In this document: positions 49,436 to 59,265 of the stretch, piece by piece
How positions within the stretch are numbered: the stretch's first letter is position 1
Layout of the letters: each line of letters opens with the position of its first letter
Assembly (NCBI GenBank): GCA_965247115.1
Contig: CBDFGR010000002.1
Span: forward strand, 32,001 to 96,000
DNA: 64,000 bases
DNA from: Myxococcota bacterium
GTDB taxonomy: Bacteria > Myxococcota_A > UBA9160 > SZUA-336
Direction of reading: 5' to 3'
Program-made: the position numbers and the translations under genes
The notes under the pieces: model-generated
What the model was told of the DNA's origin: nothing
The model's database searches: none
The model's input: only the letters and a program-made list of their open reading frames with translations

Positions 49436-50284
49436 TCAGACGTCGAAGCGATAGGTGCTTCCGTCGCGCACGATCTTGCCGCCCACCGGGTTCGCGAAGT
49501 GCGTCCCCAAGACCAGCACCGGCTTGTCGGCGTAGCGCTCGAGGAACAGCTTGCGCGTCTCGCGCGCGGTGTTGCTGTCGGCATCGAAGGGAGTCACCCA
49601 GTCCGGGCGCGCGATTTGACAGGGGTGGTGCATCATGTCGCCCGTGATCACGGCCTCTTCGCCGTTCGAGGAGATGCGAACGCTGACGTGCCCAGGAGTG
49701 TGACCGGGCGTCGACTCGAACCAAATGCCGTCGCTCACCCGGTGGTCGTTCTTGACGAGGTCCATCTGGCCGGCGTCCATCACCGGTTTGACGGATTCGC
49801 CAAAGACGTCGCCAAAGGGATCCTCTTCGAGGTCGCGCCAGAAGGAGAACTCCTCCTCGACGGCCAGATAGCGGGCGTTGGGGAACGTCGGCACCCACTT
49901 GCCGTTCTTCTTGGTGGTGTTCCACCCGACGTGGTCGACGTGAAGGTGGGTAAGGATCACGGTGTCGATCGAATCCGGGTCGTGCCCCATCTGTTTGAGA
50001 TCTTCTATAAAGGGCAGCTGGAGGTTGGCCCAGGCCTCCATGTTGATGCTCTTGTCGTTCCCGATGCAGGTATCGACCACCATCTTCTGGTTCGGCGTCT
50101 CGATCACCAGCATCTGGATATTGAGGATCAGATTGTCCTCGGGCGACACAAAGTGGGGTTTCAGCCAGGGGATTTCGGCCAGATTGCTCGGCGTGGCATC
50201 GGGGAGCACTTCGAGCTCGCCGCCCGCCGCAGTGATTTCGATCAGTTGGCTAATCCTGGTATCGCCGATCTTCCATTGAAGCAT
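49436..50284 (-). CDS. MBL-fold metallo-hydrolase
   Basis: VDTCIGNDK, THLHVDHVGWN, TPGHTPGH, TGDMMHHP, GTHF. Confidence 0.92.
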   Translation of the reverse strand: MLQWKIGDTRISQLIEITAAGGELEVLPDATPSNLAEIPWLKPHFVSPEDNLILNIQMLVIETPNQKMVVDTCIGNDKSINMEAWANLQLPFIEDLKQMGHDPDSIDTVILTHLHVDHVGWNTTKKNGKWVPTFPNARYLAVEEEFSFWRDLEEDPFGDVFGESVKPVMDAGQMDLVKNDHRVSDGIWFESTPGHTPGHVSVRISSNGEEAVITGDMMHHPCQIARPDWVTPFDADSNTARETRKLFLERYADKPVLVLGTHFANPVGGKIVRDGSTYRFDV

Positions 50285-50318
50285 TCAGTGATTCTCCCTT
50301 CGCGGTCATTCTACCCCA

Positions 50319-51377
50319 CTACGTTCTGAGGAGCGCGAAGCACTTCTGTGAATTGAAGATCCAGGTCTCCAGGTAGTCGACGATCTCGGGCGTGCGCTCC
50401 GGGACGACTCCCGCCATGCAGATCCAGTTCCGGAACTCCTGATCGCCCGCAGCGTAGATCGAGTCGTTGCTGAGCTCGGCCCAGCTGCGTTGGTTGCCGC
50501 TCTCGAGCTCCTCGAAGCGAGCTCGATCGTACTCGCGATCGGGGTAGAGCCACCAGTGCTTCTCGGTCAGGAACGCGTGCGACCAGCCTGAGGACGCCAG
50601 TACGACGACGCGCTCGCTGCGCGCGTCCAGAACCTCGCGCAGCTTCTGGCCCAGTGCGAAACAGCTGCGAGGTGTCGGGCCGGAGGGAGCCGGGAAGTCG
50701 ACGTAGGGGTCCTTCTCGCGCTCGGGCCGCGAGTCAAAGACATGTGCCATCGCTCCCCGACTCGAAATTACCGAACGGCCATAGGAATTGACCGAGATCG
50801 GAATGATCGGGTGCTTCCAGCCTTTCCGATTCCAGTCCAGGTAGACCAGCGCGTTTGCAAACGCGTGACCCAGCCCGCGCTCGTGGTGGAGGTTCTTGTA
50901 GGAGTACGCAATGGGATGGTCCGCCTCCATCAGGTCGTCGACAATCTCCCTGGCCAGCCTGCCTGCACCAGGGAAGACGAGCTCCGTGTCCGCATCTGCC
51001 CTCCAGATGTTCTCGGGGCTCACGAAGGGCCGGGTCGCGAAGCTGTCCATGCAGAAGACATTGAACGGCGGGATGATGTCTTCCTTGAAGTTCTCGTACT
51101 GATCATCCCCCAAGATGATGACCGCATCGGGTGCAAACTCGTCGATCGCATGGCGGACTCGAGCGAACGCACTGCGGAGGCGGTCCTGGTGCTCTTGAGC
51201 GCGTTCCACCTCGTGGTTCCAGTCGTCCTGCATCTCCTGCGGCCAGCTCGATGGTTGCTTCTCTTTCTCCGGAATTCTCGGACTGCGTAAGATGCCGCGA
51301 AGAACGTTTGCGTAGGTCTCGGGCTTTCCCATGAGAGGCGGGTAGTGCGTGCAGCCGGCACCGAGGATCTCTCCCAT
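50319..51377 (-). CDS. LigB-like (class III) extradiol ring-cleavage dioxygenase family protein
   Basis: GCTHYPPL, PDAVIILGDDQYENF, LGHAF, LASSGWSH, GDQEFRNW. Confidence 0.8.
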   Translation of the reverse strand: MGEILGAGCTHYPPLMGKPETYANVLRGILRSPRIPEKEKQPSSWPQEMQDDWNHEVERAQEHQDRLRSAFARVRHAIDEFAPDAVIILGDDQYENFKEDIIPPFNVFCMDSFATRPFVSPENIWRADADTELVFPGAGRLAREIVDDLMEADHPIAYSYKNLHHERGLGHAFANALVYLDWNRKGWKHPIIPISVNSYGRSVISSRGAMAHVFDSRPEREKDPYVDFPAPSGPTPRSCFALGQKLREVLDARSERVVVLASSGWSHAFLTEKHWWLYPDREYDRARFEELESGNQRSWAELSNDSIYAAGDQEFRNWICMAGVVPERTPEIVDYLETWIFNSQKCFALLRT

Positions 51378-51530
51378 CGTCAATTCCTTTCTCAGGCGAA
51401 CGGTCCCAGGCCTCTCGAGTCTACTCCCCGCTGGAGCCTGGAGGCTACTCGGGATTCTAGGGATCGTTGAAACGAAGGTCTCGTCGGAGTCTCTTTACAT
51501 CCGGCGGGGTTTCTCGTATGACCCGGGACG

Positions 51531-53990
51531 ATGAGTGATGTTCTGAAGCCCTATCGGGTGCTGGATCTGAGCGATGAGCGCGGTCAGCTGTGCGGCCAGA
51601 TCCTGGGCGACCTGGGTGCCGATGTGATCCAGGTTGAGCCACCGGGGGGCTCTCCCACGCGTCAGCGTGGACCCTTCGCGGGTGACTCCGGTGACCCGAA
51701 CGACTCATTGAGCTGGTGGGCCCTCAACCGCAACAAGCGGAGCCTGACACTCGACCTGACAGCCGAGCGAGACCGCGCGACGCTGCGCGCGCTGGCCCGC
51801 AGTGCCGACTTCTTGATCGAGTCCGAGGCTCCCGGTGTGATGGACGAGCTGGATTTGGGCTATGACGCGCTCTCGGAGCTGAACCCTGCGCTGATCTACG
51901 CTTCGATCACACCCTTTGGAGTCGAAGGGCCGAAGCGAGACTACGCAGCCACGGACCTGACCACCGTCGCTGCGAGCGGATGGATGATCGTCAACGGCGA
52001 CGCGGACCGCCCGCCGCTGCGACTCGGGGCGGTACCGCAGGGATTTCTGCACGCATCGGTGGATGCAGCCAGCGGCATGCTCGCTGCACACTACGAGCGT
52101 CAGCGCTCGGGTCGCGGGCAGCGGGTGTCGGTATCTGCGCAGATCTCGGCGGCCCAGGCCTCACAGTTCGTCGTGCTCTCCGCAGCCTGGAACGCCGCGG
52201 CACTCAGTCGTACTGCCGGAGGTATTCGCGCCGGCAACTCTGTGATCCGGTTCATCTATGCGGCCAAGGACGGTCACGTCTCGCTGACGTTCGCCTCCGG
52301 CTCCGCCCTGGGTGTCTTTAGCCGGAGATTCATGAACTTCGCCTGCGAAGAGGGCTTCTGTGACGAGGCAACGCGCGACATCGACTGGCTCCGCTACCAC
52401 GAGATGATCGCGAGCGGCGAGCTCTCGCTGGAGGAGTACGAGCGCATCGAACGCATCCTGGAGACGTTTATCGCGAGCAAGACCAAGGACGACTGGATGC
52501 GCATCGCCCTCGAGCGCGATCTGCTGATCGTCCCGGTGGCAAACGTCCGCGACCTGGTCGAGAACCCGCACTTTCGATCGCGGGGCTATCTGGCCGAGAT
52601 CGAGCACGCGAGTCTCGGGCGGAAGGTGCGCTACCCGGGCGCCTTCGCGAGGATGAGCGACTCACCGATTCGGTACCGCCGGAGAGCCCCAGACGTCGGA
52701 GAGCACAGTGCCGAAATTCTGGAGGAGCTTGCGCGTCGCCCCGCTCCCGAGACGTCGCGAGTACCCGTTGAGCCGGCTTCGGGAGGGCCGCTCTCGGGTC
52801 TCAAGATCCTGGACTTCATGTGGGTCATGGCAGGTCCGATCGGCACGCGCGCGCTGACCGACCTGGGCGCGACCGTTGTGCGGATCGAGTCGCCGACGCG
52901 CATCGACGCCGCGCGCACCCTCGGTCCGTTCAAGGATGGCTCGTACGACCCGGATGCGGCGGGACTGTTCGCGAACTGCAATGCTGGCAAGCTGGGCCTG
53001 GCCGTCGATCTGACCAATCCGGCCTCTCGCGAGGTCGTACACGACCTGGTGCGCTGGGCGGATGTGGTGACCGAGTCGTTCTCGCCGAAGGCAATGCGCA
53101 ACTTTGGCTTCGCCTACGACGATCTGGTGAAAGTCAATCCCGACCTGATCATGCTGAGCAGCTGCCTGATGGGACAGATCGGCCCCCAGGCAAAGCTCGT
53201 GGGATTCGGCACGATGGGTTCCGCGACTGCTGGCTTTCAGGAAATCACCGGTTGGCCAGACCGACCGCCCGCGGGCCTGTTCGGCGCGTACACTGACTAC
53301 GTGACCTGCCGCTTCACGGCGATCGCGGTCCTGGCCGCGCTGGAGCACCGTCGCCAGACCGGGCGGGGTCAGTACGTCGATCAGTCGCAGGTCGAATCGA
53401 CAACGCACTTTCTAGGTCCGGTCGTGCTGGACTACGACGTCAATGGACGAATCGCGGGGCGGATCGGAAACGCGGACCCGCACATGTCGCCCCACGGAGT
53501 CTATCCCGCGGCGGGCGAAGGGGAGTGGGTCGCCGTGGCTTGCCGCAACGATGCGGATTGGAACGAGCTGTGCCGCGCTCTGGATCGTTCGGAGCTACAG
53601 ACGGACGAGCGGTTCGCGGAGCTATCCGGGCGCCTGGCGCATGCCGAAGAGCTCGACCATACGCTTGCCGAGTGGACGGCGACGCGGAAGGCCACGGACA
53701 TCGAGCGGGAGCTGCAGGCGCGCGGCGTCCCGGCACACGTCGTTCTCGACAGCGCGGGGTTCTGCTCCGACCCCCAGCTCGAACATCTCGGTCATCTAGT
53801 CGAGGTCGAACACCCGACCAAGGGCCCGATGATTCTGGAGGGGCCGCGCTTTCAGCTCTCGCGTACGCCCGCCAAGGTGTACGCAGCCGCGCCAACGCTT
53901 GGACAGCACAACCACATGATTCTCCAGAACCTCCTCGGCTACGACGAAGACCGCATCGCCGAGCTCGTGATCGCGGGCGTCCTGGGTTGA
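51531..53990 (+). CDS. Fused two-domain class III CoA-transferase (CaiB/BaiF x2)
   Basis: Two repeats: YRVLDLS..GADVIQVEPP..NRNKRS..APDVGEH and PLSGLKILDF..NAGKLGL..APTLGQHN. Confidence 0.92.
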   Translation: MSDVLKPYRVLDLSDERGQLCGQILGDLGADVIQVEPPGGSPTRQRGPFAGDSGDPNDSLSWWALNRNKRSLTLDLTAERDRATLRALARSADFLIESEAPGVMDELDLGYDALSELNPALIYASITPFGVEGPKRDYAATDLTTVAASGWMIVNGDADRPPLRLGAVPQGFLHASVDAASGMLAAHYERQRSGRGQRVSVSAQISAAQASQFVVLSAAWNAAALSRTAGGIRAGNSVIRFIYAAKDGHVSLTFASGSALGVFSRRFMNFACEEGFCDEATRDIDWLRYHEMIASGELSLEEYERIERILETFIASKTKDDWMRIALERDLLIVPVANVRDLVENPHFRSRGYLAEIEHASLGRKVRYPGAFARMSDSPIRYRRRAPDVGEHSAEILEELARRPAPETSRVPVEPASGGPLSGLKILDFMWVMAGPIGTRALTDLGATVVRIESPTRIDAARTLGPFKDGSYDPDAAGLFANCNAGKLGLAVDLTNPASREVVHDLVRWADVVTESFSPKAMRNFGFAYDDLVKVNPDLIMLSSCLMGQIGPQAKLVGFGTMGSATAGFQEITGWPDRPPAGLFGAYTDYVTCRFTAIAVLAALEHRRQTGRGQYVDQSQVESTTHFLGPVVLDYDVNGRIAGRIGNADPHMSPHGVYPAAGEGEWVAVACRNDADWNELCRALDRSELQTDERFAELSGRLAHAEELDHTLAEWTATRKATDIERELQARGVPAHVVLDSAGFCSDPQLEHLGHLVEVEHPTKGPMILEGPRFQLSRTPAKVYAAAPTLGQHNHMILQNLLGYDEDRIAELVIAGVLG

Positions 53991-54027
53991 GAAGCAATCG
54001 GGCCCAGAACCCCGACGCCTCTCCTCA

Positions 54028-55155
54028 CTAGCCGGGCTCTACCACCGGAACGGATCCACCCCTACTGCAAATCTCTGGGTTCGCAGTCCCACGGAGCCCC
54101 GGGGCGAGCCCGCGCTCTTGCCGGGGAGAGTCCTGAGAAGATTCGCCGTTTCGCCTGCGAAAGCGTTCCATGTGAGCAGACCCGAAGTCCCGCTCCGTAG
54201 CATGGAAGTTGTGTTCACGACAGCGCAGCTCGATCCCCTCGATCGAGTGACACCGGGACCTCGCCCATGGCTCGCCGTGATGAAATTCCAAAAGGTCGGC
54301 CGATTCGCAGCGACGTCCGTTCTCGCTCACGAAAGCACACCGCCCGCCGTCTCGCGCGACGACCGCCCTCTTGATCTCCGCCGGAATGTGCCGCGATGCA
54401 CCTCTCTTTCCAACCTTCCTCTTGGACGAACGCCGAGGCCGGGAAGTCTCCGCAAACTTCTTTCGTCTCGCCTCCTGTCGCAGCAAGGTGAGCGCCCGAT
54501 CAAAGATCTCCGCCAGCTCGCCATCCGGGATCTGATGCTTGAGCAGGGCTTGGACCTCGCTCAGTTTCTCGTAGAGTGCTTCGCTCGCAGTGAACTGGAT
54601 CTTGAACCGCTTCTCGCCCAGTGGCTCAGGCGCATGGTTCTGGGAGCGAGGGTTGGGAAGCCGCAACGTTGGAGTTTCGCCAGGGGGAGGAGACCCACCT
54701 CGTGCTGCCGTGGCGTCATGGAGCTTCCGCACTGCCGACCTGACGTCGGGCTTGGGCGAAAGATCGGCCAGGAACCGCTCGATCTCGCGCTTGGTCCTGT
54801 GTCGCGATCGGCCGAGCAGCTGTACGTGGTTCTCCAGGGTGAGATGTGGCGCCAGCAGCGTAATCGCGGCCAGGTGGATCTCGCCTTGGCGGACCCGCTC
54901 CAAGAGGACCGGGTACGTCCGACCCAAGCGGGCCGCCCGGATCCGTTGGAAGGCCGACGCTTCGGAGAGGCTAAGCATCTCCACGCAATACTGGAACATC
55001 GAAGGGAAGCCCTCGTCGGCGAAGAGGCGACGTGCGTCGACCTCTCCGATGTGAGCTAGAAGATCTGCCTCGACGTCTCGGTCTCTAGAGACGAGCTGGG
55101 CGAGCGCTTGAAGTAGCTCAGAGTTCGTAAGGGTCTGGAGCGATGCTGGAGTCAT
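54028..55155 (-). CDS. DUF222-like helical domain plus C-terminal HNH endonuclease
   Basis: LLAHIGEVDARRLF..GFPSMFQYC..LSEASAFQRIRAAR; RFKIQFTAS; SRHIPAEIKRAVVARDGGRC...C..LEFHH..P...LRCREHN. Confidence 0.85.
   Translation of the reverse strand: MTPASLQTLTNSELLQALAQLVSRDRDVEADLLAHIGEVDARRLFADEGFPSMFQYCVEMLSLSEASAFQRIRAARLGRTYPVLLERVRQGEIHLAAITLLAPHLTLENHVQLLGRSRHRTKREIERFLADLSPKPDVRSAVRKLHDATAARGGSPPPGETPTLRLPNPRSQNHAPEPLGEKRFKIQFTASEALYEKLSEVQALLKHQIPDGELAEIFDRALTLLRQEARRKKFAETSRPRRSSKRKVGKRGASRHIPAEIKRAVVARDGGRCAFVSENGRRCESADLLEFHHGEPWARSRCHSIEGIELRCREHNFHATERDFGSAHMERFRRRNGESSQDSPRQERGLAPGLRGTANPEICSRGGSVPVVEPG
54093..54131. repeat. Two imperfect CCGG-centred palindromes, 22 nt apart, in the 3' end of the HNH gene
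   Basis: GGAGCCCCGGGGCGAG (54093-54108) and CTCTTGCCGGGGAGAG (54115-54130); the second matches the core of the upstream palindrome at 14/16. Confidence 0.55.
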
Positions 55156-55423
55156 TCTTGCCTTTCTCCGGAACCTGATGTGATCAGGACAAGAAGATAG
55201 CACGACGCTTTTTGGTGTCTGAGGCGCTTCTGGATGCGGCGATCGGAGCACGTCGCGAGTTCCGAAACGGAATCCCGACAAACGGCGCGCAGACGAAGCA
55301 GAACGCAGTCAGAAGGCGGATATCAACTGTGAGAATCGCTCGGACCAAGTGCGGCAGAAAACCTGTCAAGGGCCGCGGCTGACTTTTTCAAAGAAAGATC
55401 TGCAACGTGGCAGTCTCTCTCTT

Positions 55424-55443
55424 AACTCTTCCCGGGAAGAGTT
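55424..55443. repeat. Perfect 20-bp palindrome upstream of the HNH gene
   Basis: AACTCTTCCCGGGAAGAGTT is its own reverse complement. Confidence 0.9.
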
Positions 55444-55542
55444 CGAACTAGGACAGGCTCGGAGCGTGGGCTTGGGATGCTCGACATTCTCGACCGCTAT
55501 TGACTAGGCTTCTACCCCTCACCATCCAGGAGGCATGTCGCC

Positions 55543-55995
55543 ATGGCCGCATCCGCCCAGTCTTCCTACGGTTTCGACGATCGCAATATTCGCTGGCACA
55601 AGTTTGGCGACTTCGATGGTTTCGTATTTGCCATGTACGACGTAGATGATGAGAGGAACATCGTCGACTTCATTCTCAAGTTCGAGTCGAATAGCGTGAT
55701 CTTCTTGCATAGACACATGGCGCACACAAACACGCTGGTCGTGCAGGGGGATCACGTGATCTATGAGCCGGATGGCAAGGCGGTCAAGGAGGTGCGGCTG
55801 ACCGGTGGCTATACGTCCAGTCCGGCCGGAGACGCCCACCGCGAGGGTGGAGGGGCCGATGGCGCTGTCGTCTACTACAGCGTTCGGGGGCACGATGATC
55901 GATTGTTCGACGTCCTCGACGATGACCTGAGCGTGACAGGCGCCCTATTCACGAAGGACTTCAGGGACGCGCTCGACGAACAGCGACAGGCCTGA
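55543..55995 (+). CDS. Cupin-fold (ChrR-like) protein
   Basis: LHRH...LVVQGDH...GDAHREGGG cupin metal motif; AGGAGG RBS. Confidence 0.7.
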   Translation: MAASAQSSYGFDDRNIRWHKFGDFDGFVFAMYDVDDERNIVDFILKFESNSVIFLHRHMAHTNTLVVQGDHVIYEPDGKAVKEVRLTGGYTSSPAGDAHREGGGADGAVVYYSVRGHDDRLFDVLDDDLSVTGALFTKDFRDALDEQRQA

Positions 55996-56105
55996 GGGCA
56001 CAGGGTGACGCGTGCCGAGATGACCGGTCGACGGAGTCGCGCTAGCGCGGCTCGGGGAGACTCAGCGGCCGATCGCCCCAATTCGGACTGACGTCGCCTA
56101 GGAAA

Positions 56106-56591
56106 TCAGCCGCCCGACGCCTGGCCCAGCTTGCGGTAGTCCCAGCTCACGATACGCTCGGGCACCAGCCTCAGCCAGCCGTGGGGCGTGTCAGACATGT
56201 CGAAGCTCATCTCGCCGCCGTCCATGTACTTGTCGGCGAAGAGCCGCTCCGGCTCCTCGAGCTCCGGGTTGGGCTCTCCCGCGCGAGGCACCTCCCCCAC
56301 CCGCTCGACCTTGCCGCTGAGCTCGACGCCGCGCAGCTCGCCGATGTCGTGCCCGGTGTCCACCACGACGCTCATCCTCGGGTCCCGTTCGAGATCCGTC
56401 CAGCGCTGGCTCTTCACCAGCGACATCAGCCAGATCGCCTTCCCGTTCCAGACGAACCAGAGCGGGCTCACGTGCGGCCCGCGCCCGGCGCTCACGGTGG
56501 CAACGCGGCAGATACGTTCGCCGCGCAGGAACACGTCGCGCTCCTCCGGCGTCATCATGGTTTCCTTCCCAACGCGCTGTCCGTCGGTCAT
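56106..56591 (-). CDS. Pyridoxamine 5'-phosphate oxidase-like (probably F420-binding) protein
   Basis: CRVATV...PHVSPLWFVW, SQRWTDLERDPR, ELRGVEL, PERIVSWDYRK. Confidence 0.88.
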   Translation of the reverse strand: MTDGQRVGKETMMTPEERDVFLRGERICRVATVSAGRGPHVSPLWFVWNGKAIWLMSLVKSQRWTDLERDPRMSVVVDTGHDIGELRGVELSGKVERVGEVPRAGEPNPELEEPERLFADKYMDGGEMSFDMSDTPHGWLRLVPERIVSWDYRKLGQASGG

Positions 56592-56612
56592 GACCGGGCC
56601 CTCCCTGTACGG

Positions 56613-57368
56613 CTACGGCGCGCCGCCGTCGAGACGCAGAATCGATCCGGTGCAGAAGCTCGAGGCGGCGCTCGCGTAGTATAGCGCCGCGCCGACGATC
56701 TCGTCGGGGCGTCCTCCGCGCTGCAAGGCGTGCGTAGTCTTGACGCGCTTCTCGAATTCCTCCAGGTCCCAGGCCTTACTGATGTCGGTGAGGAAGGGGC
56801 CGCACATGATGCAGTTCACGCGCACCGTGGCCCCGAAGGCCTTGGAGTAGGCCTCGGTCATCGCGTTGAGGCCGGCCTTTGCGGCGGCGTATGGGATGAC
56901 CGTGGGCCGCGGCCGAATTGCCGCCTCGCTACTCACATTGATGATCGACCCCCCGTCTCCCTGCTGCATCCGCGTGCCGACGATCGCCGTCAGACGAAAC
57001 GGGCCCTTCAGATTGACGTCGAGGACCTTGTCGTAGAGCGCCTCGCTCACATTCACGATGTCGTCGTAGAGCGGCGACATGCCGGCGTTGTTTACCAGGA
57101 TATCGACCTTTCCGAAGCGTTCGTAAGCGGCATCGGTCAGCCCCTCGAGCTGGTCCCATTCGCCGACGTGGCAGCTGTACGGTAGGGCCTGGCGCCCGAA
57201 GCGCTCCTCCACGTCCTTCGCCAGCGCCTCGCAGTTGTCGAGCTTGCGACTGGTGATGACGACATCGGCGCCGTGCTTGGCGAAAGCGAGCACCATCTCG
57301 CGGCCCATCCCGCGACTGCCGCCGGTCACCAGCGCGACCTTGCCCGATAGATCGAACAGATCTGCCAT
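56613..57368 (-). CDS. SDR oxidoreductase
   Basis: TGGSRGMG, NNAGMSP, YAAAK, VRVNCIMCGPF. Confidence 0.92.
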   Translation of the reverse strand: MADLFDLSGKVALVTGGSRGMGREMVLAFAKHGADVVITSRKLDNCEALAKDVEERFGRQALPYSCHVGEWDQLEGLTDAAYERFGKVDILVNNAGMSPLYDDIVNVSEALYDKVLDVNLKGPFRLTAIVGTRMQQGDGGSIINVSSEAAIRPRPTVIPYAAAKAGLNAMTEAYSKAFGATVRVNCIMCGPFLTDISKAWDLEEFEKRVKTTHALQRGGRPDEIVGAALYYASAASSFCTGSILRLDGGAP

Positions 57369-57456
57369 GCATCCTCCTCGTGTATATCGATCATACCCGC
57401 AACCCCTGGGCTTCCATGTGGCACGCTCAGGCGCGCGGTCAACTCAGCGGGAGCGG

Positions 57457-58263
57457 CTAGCTCTCGACGAACTCTCGTCCTGCCGCGGCGCCTCCGTCGA
57501 CGGAATACACGCTTCCCGTGGCGAATGGAGCCGCATCTGACGCCATGAACATCACGGCGCGCGCGATCTCCTCCGCACGGCCGATGCGCCTCATCGGGAT
57601 CGTCGAGGCGATCGCAGCCACCCTCTCGTCGCGGCTGAGTCCCAGGCCGGCGTAGACGCTCTCCTGTATCGGCGTGTCGATGTCGCCTGGGCAGATCACG
57701 CTGACTCGAATGTTCTGTTCTGCTGTTTCGAGGGCCATCACCCGGGTCAGGTGGATGATGCCGGCTTTGGCCGCACCGTAAGCTCCGAAGCCCCGATACC
57801 CCTGGAGCCCCGCGTCCGAGGCCATGTTGACGATCGAGCCGCCCGAACCATGCTTCTTCATCACGCGCAGTACGGCCCGGGCCATGTAAAAGGTCGCGTG
57901 GAGGCTGGTGTCGATCACGAGGTGCCAGTCGGCGTCCGTGAACTCATCAATCGGCCCCGCGCGGCCGACGCCCGCGTTGTTGAAGAAGATGTCGATGCGC
58001 CCGAAGCTATTGACCGTCTGGGCCACGACAGCATCACACGCCTCGGAGCTTCGCAGATCCGCGAGCACCAGGTCCGCCTTGCCCCCCGCTTTGGCGATCT
58101 CGTCCCGCACCGCCTCTCCGCGCTTGCGGTCCCGGCCGGTCAGCATCACCGCGGCGCCGTGCGCAGCGAACTCCCGTGCGGTCTCGGCTCCGAGACCCGA
58201 GGTGGCTCCGGTCACGAGAACCACTTTGTCCGCGAATGCGTCCTGCTTGAAGATGTCTTCCAT
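57457..58263 (-). CDS. SDR oxidoreductase
   Basis: TGATSGLG, NNAG, YGAAK, ICPGDIDTP; start taken at MEDIFKQ. Confidence 0.9.
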   Translation of the reverse strand: MEDIFKQDAFADKVVLVTGATSGLGAETAREFAAHGAAVMLTGRDRKRGEAVRDEIAKAGGKADLVLADLRSSEACDAVVAQTVNSFGRIDIFFNNAGVGRAGPIDEFTDADWHLVIDTSLHATFYMARAVLRVMKKHGSGGSIVNMASDAGLQGYRGFGAYGAAKAGIIHLTRVMALETAEQNIRVSVICPGDIDTPIQESVYAGLGLSRDERVAAIASTIPMRRIGRAEEIARAVMFMASDAAPFATGSVYSVDGGAAAGREFVES

Positions 58264-58289
58264 CGTGGTGGTCTCTGGTAGCTCCCTGC

Positions 58290-59171
58290 CTAGCTCTCGG
58301 GGGGTTTGTATCCGCTGTGTTCGAGAGCACCCTTCACGGTGTGCAGCCGCGGAAACCGCTCTCTGAGTGCGTCGATGTCGATTTCGGGCCAGCCGGTGTC
58401 TCGCATGAAGGCGAACAGCGGCATGACAGCCTCCCCGAAAGCCTCGACCGGTACTTCCTGTGCCGACATCGGACGGCCGTTGTGATCCGCAAACGCTGCC
58501 GCGAGCTCGGAGGGTGTCAGAGCATCGCCCGCAAGCTCGAGAGTCTGTCCGAACCAAGGCGCACCTTCACTGAACACTTGAGCTGCGATCATGCCGAGGT
58601 CGTCGATGTAGATGTACTGCTGCTTCACGCGGTTGCTCGGGTCGAAGCCGGGGTAGCCGATCGTCGATGCGGTGGCTGCGCCGAAGCCGTCCGAAAAGAA
58701 ATTTTCAACGAAGAACGCCGGGCGCAGAATCGTGAAAGGCACGTTGCTCGCGTGCAGGTGCCCCTCGATCTCGATCTTCGTCGCGACATCTGGCAGATGG
58801 GCTGGCTTCAGCCCAGCCACGCTCGTGTACACGAGATGCTTTACCTCGTGTTTCTCACACAGATCGACCACACGCTTTCCCTGATCCACCTCCTTGGTGT
58901 TGCCCTCCTCCGTGTAATCGTTCACCTGCACGGAGAACACCCCGAAGAGGGGCGCGTACGCAGAAAAGACGGCGTCCAGCGACTCCGTGCTGTCTGCGTC
59001 ACACTGGGCGAGCTCGACATTGGCGAGCTCTGCCACCCTCTGCGCCTTCTTGGCTCCCGGGTTGCGGGTGATGGCAATGCTTCGGAAGCCGCCCGAGGCG
59101 CTCAGGTGCCGGCACACGGCGCCGCCCTGTGTTCCTGTCGCCCCAAGCACCAGAACCGTGCGCAGATCCAT
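58290..59171 (-). CDS. NmrA/HSCARG family NAD(P)-binding protein
   Basis: VLGATGTQGGAV, VKHLVYTSV, TILRPAFFVENF, LELAGD. Confidence 0.9.
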   Translation of the reverse strand: MDLRTVLVLGATGTQGGAVCRHLSASGGFRSIAITRNPGAKKAQRVAELANVELAQCDADSTESLDAVFSAYAPLFGVFSVQVNDYTEEGNTKEVDQGKRVVDLCEKHEVKHLVYTSVAGLKPAHLPDVATKIEIEGHLHASNVPFTILRPAFFVENFFSDGFGAATASTIGYPGFDPSNRVKQQYIYIDDLGMIAAQVFSEGAPWFGQTLELAGDALTPSELAAAFADHNGRPMSAQEVPVEAFGEAVMPLFAFMRDTGWPEIDIDALRERFPRLHTVKGALEHSGYKPPES

Positions 59172-59265
59172 GTGAGCCTCCCTCCTTTCCCATCATACCC
59201 GACCGAAAAAGGGGACGAGTCCTGGTAGTTGACCTTACCTCACGGCTACTGCAATCCTGAGCCCT

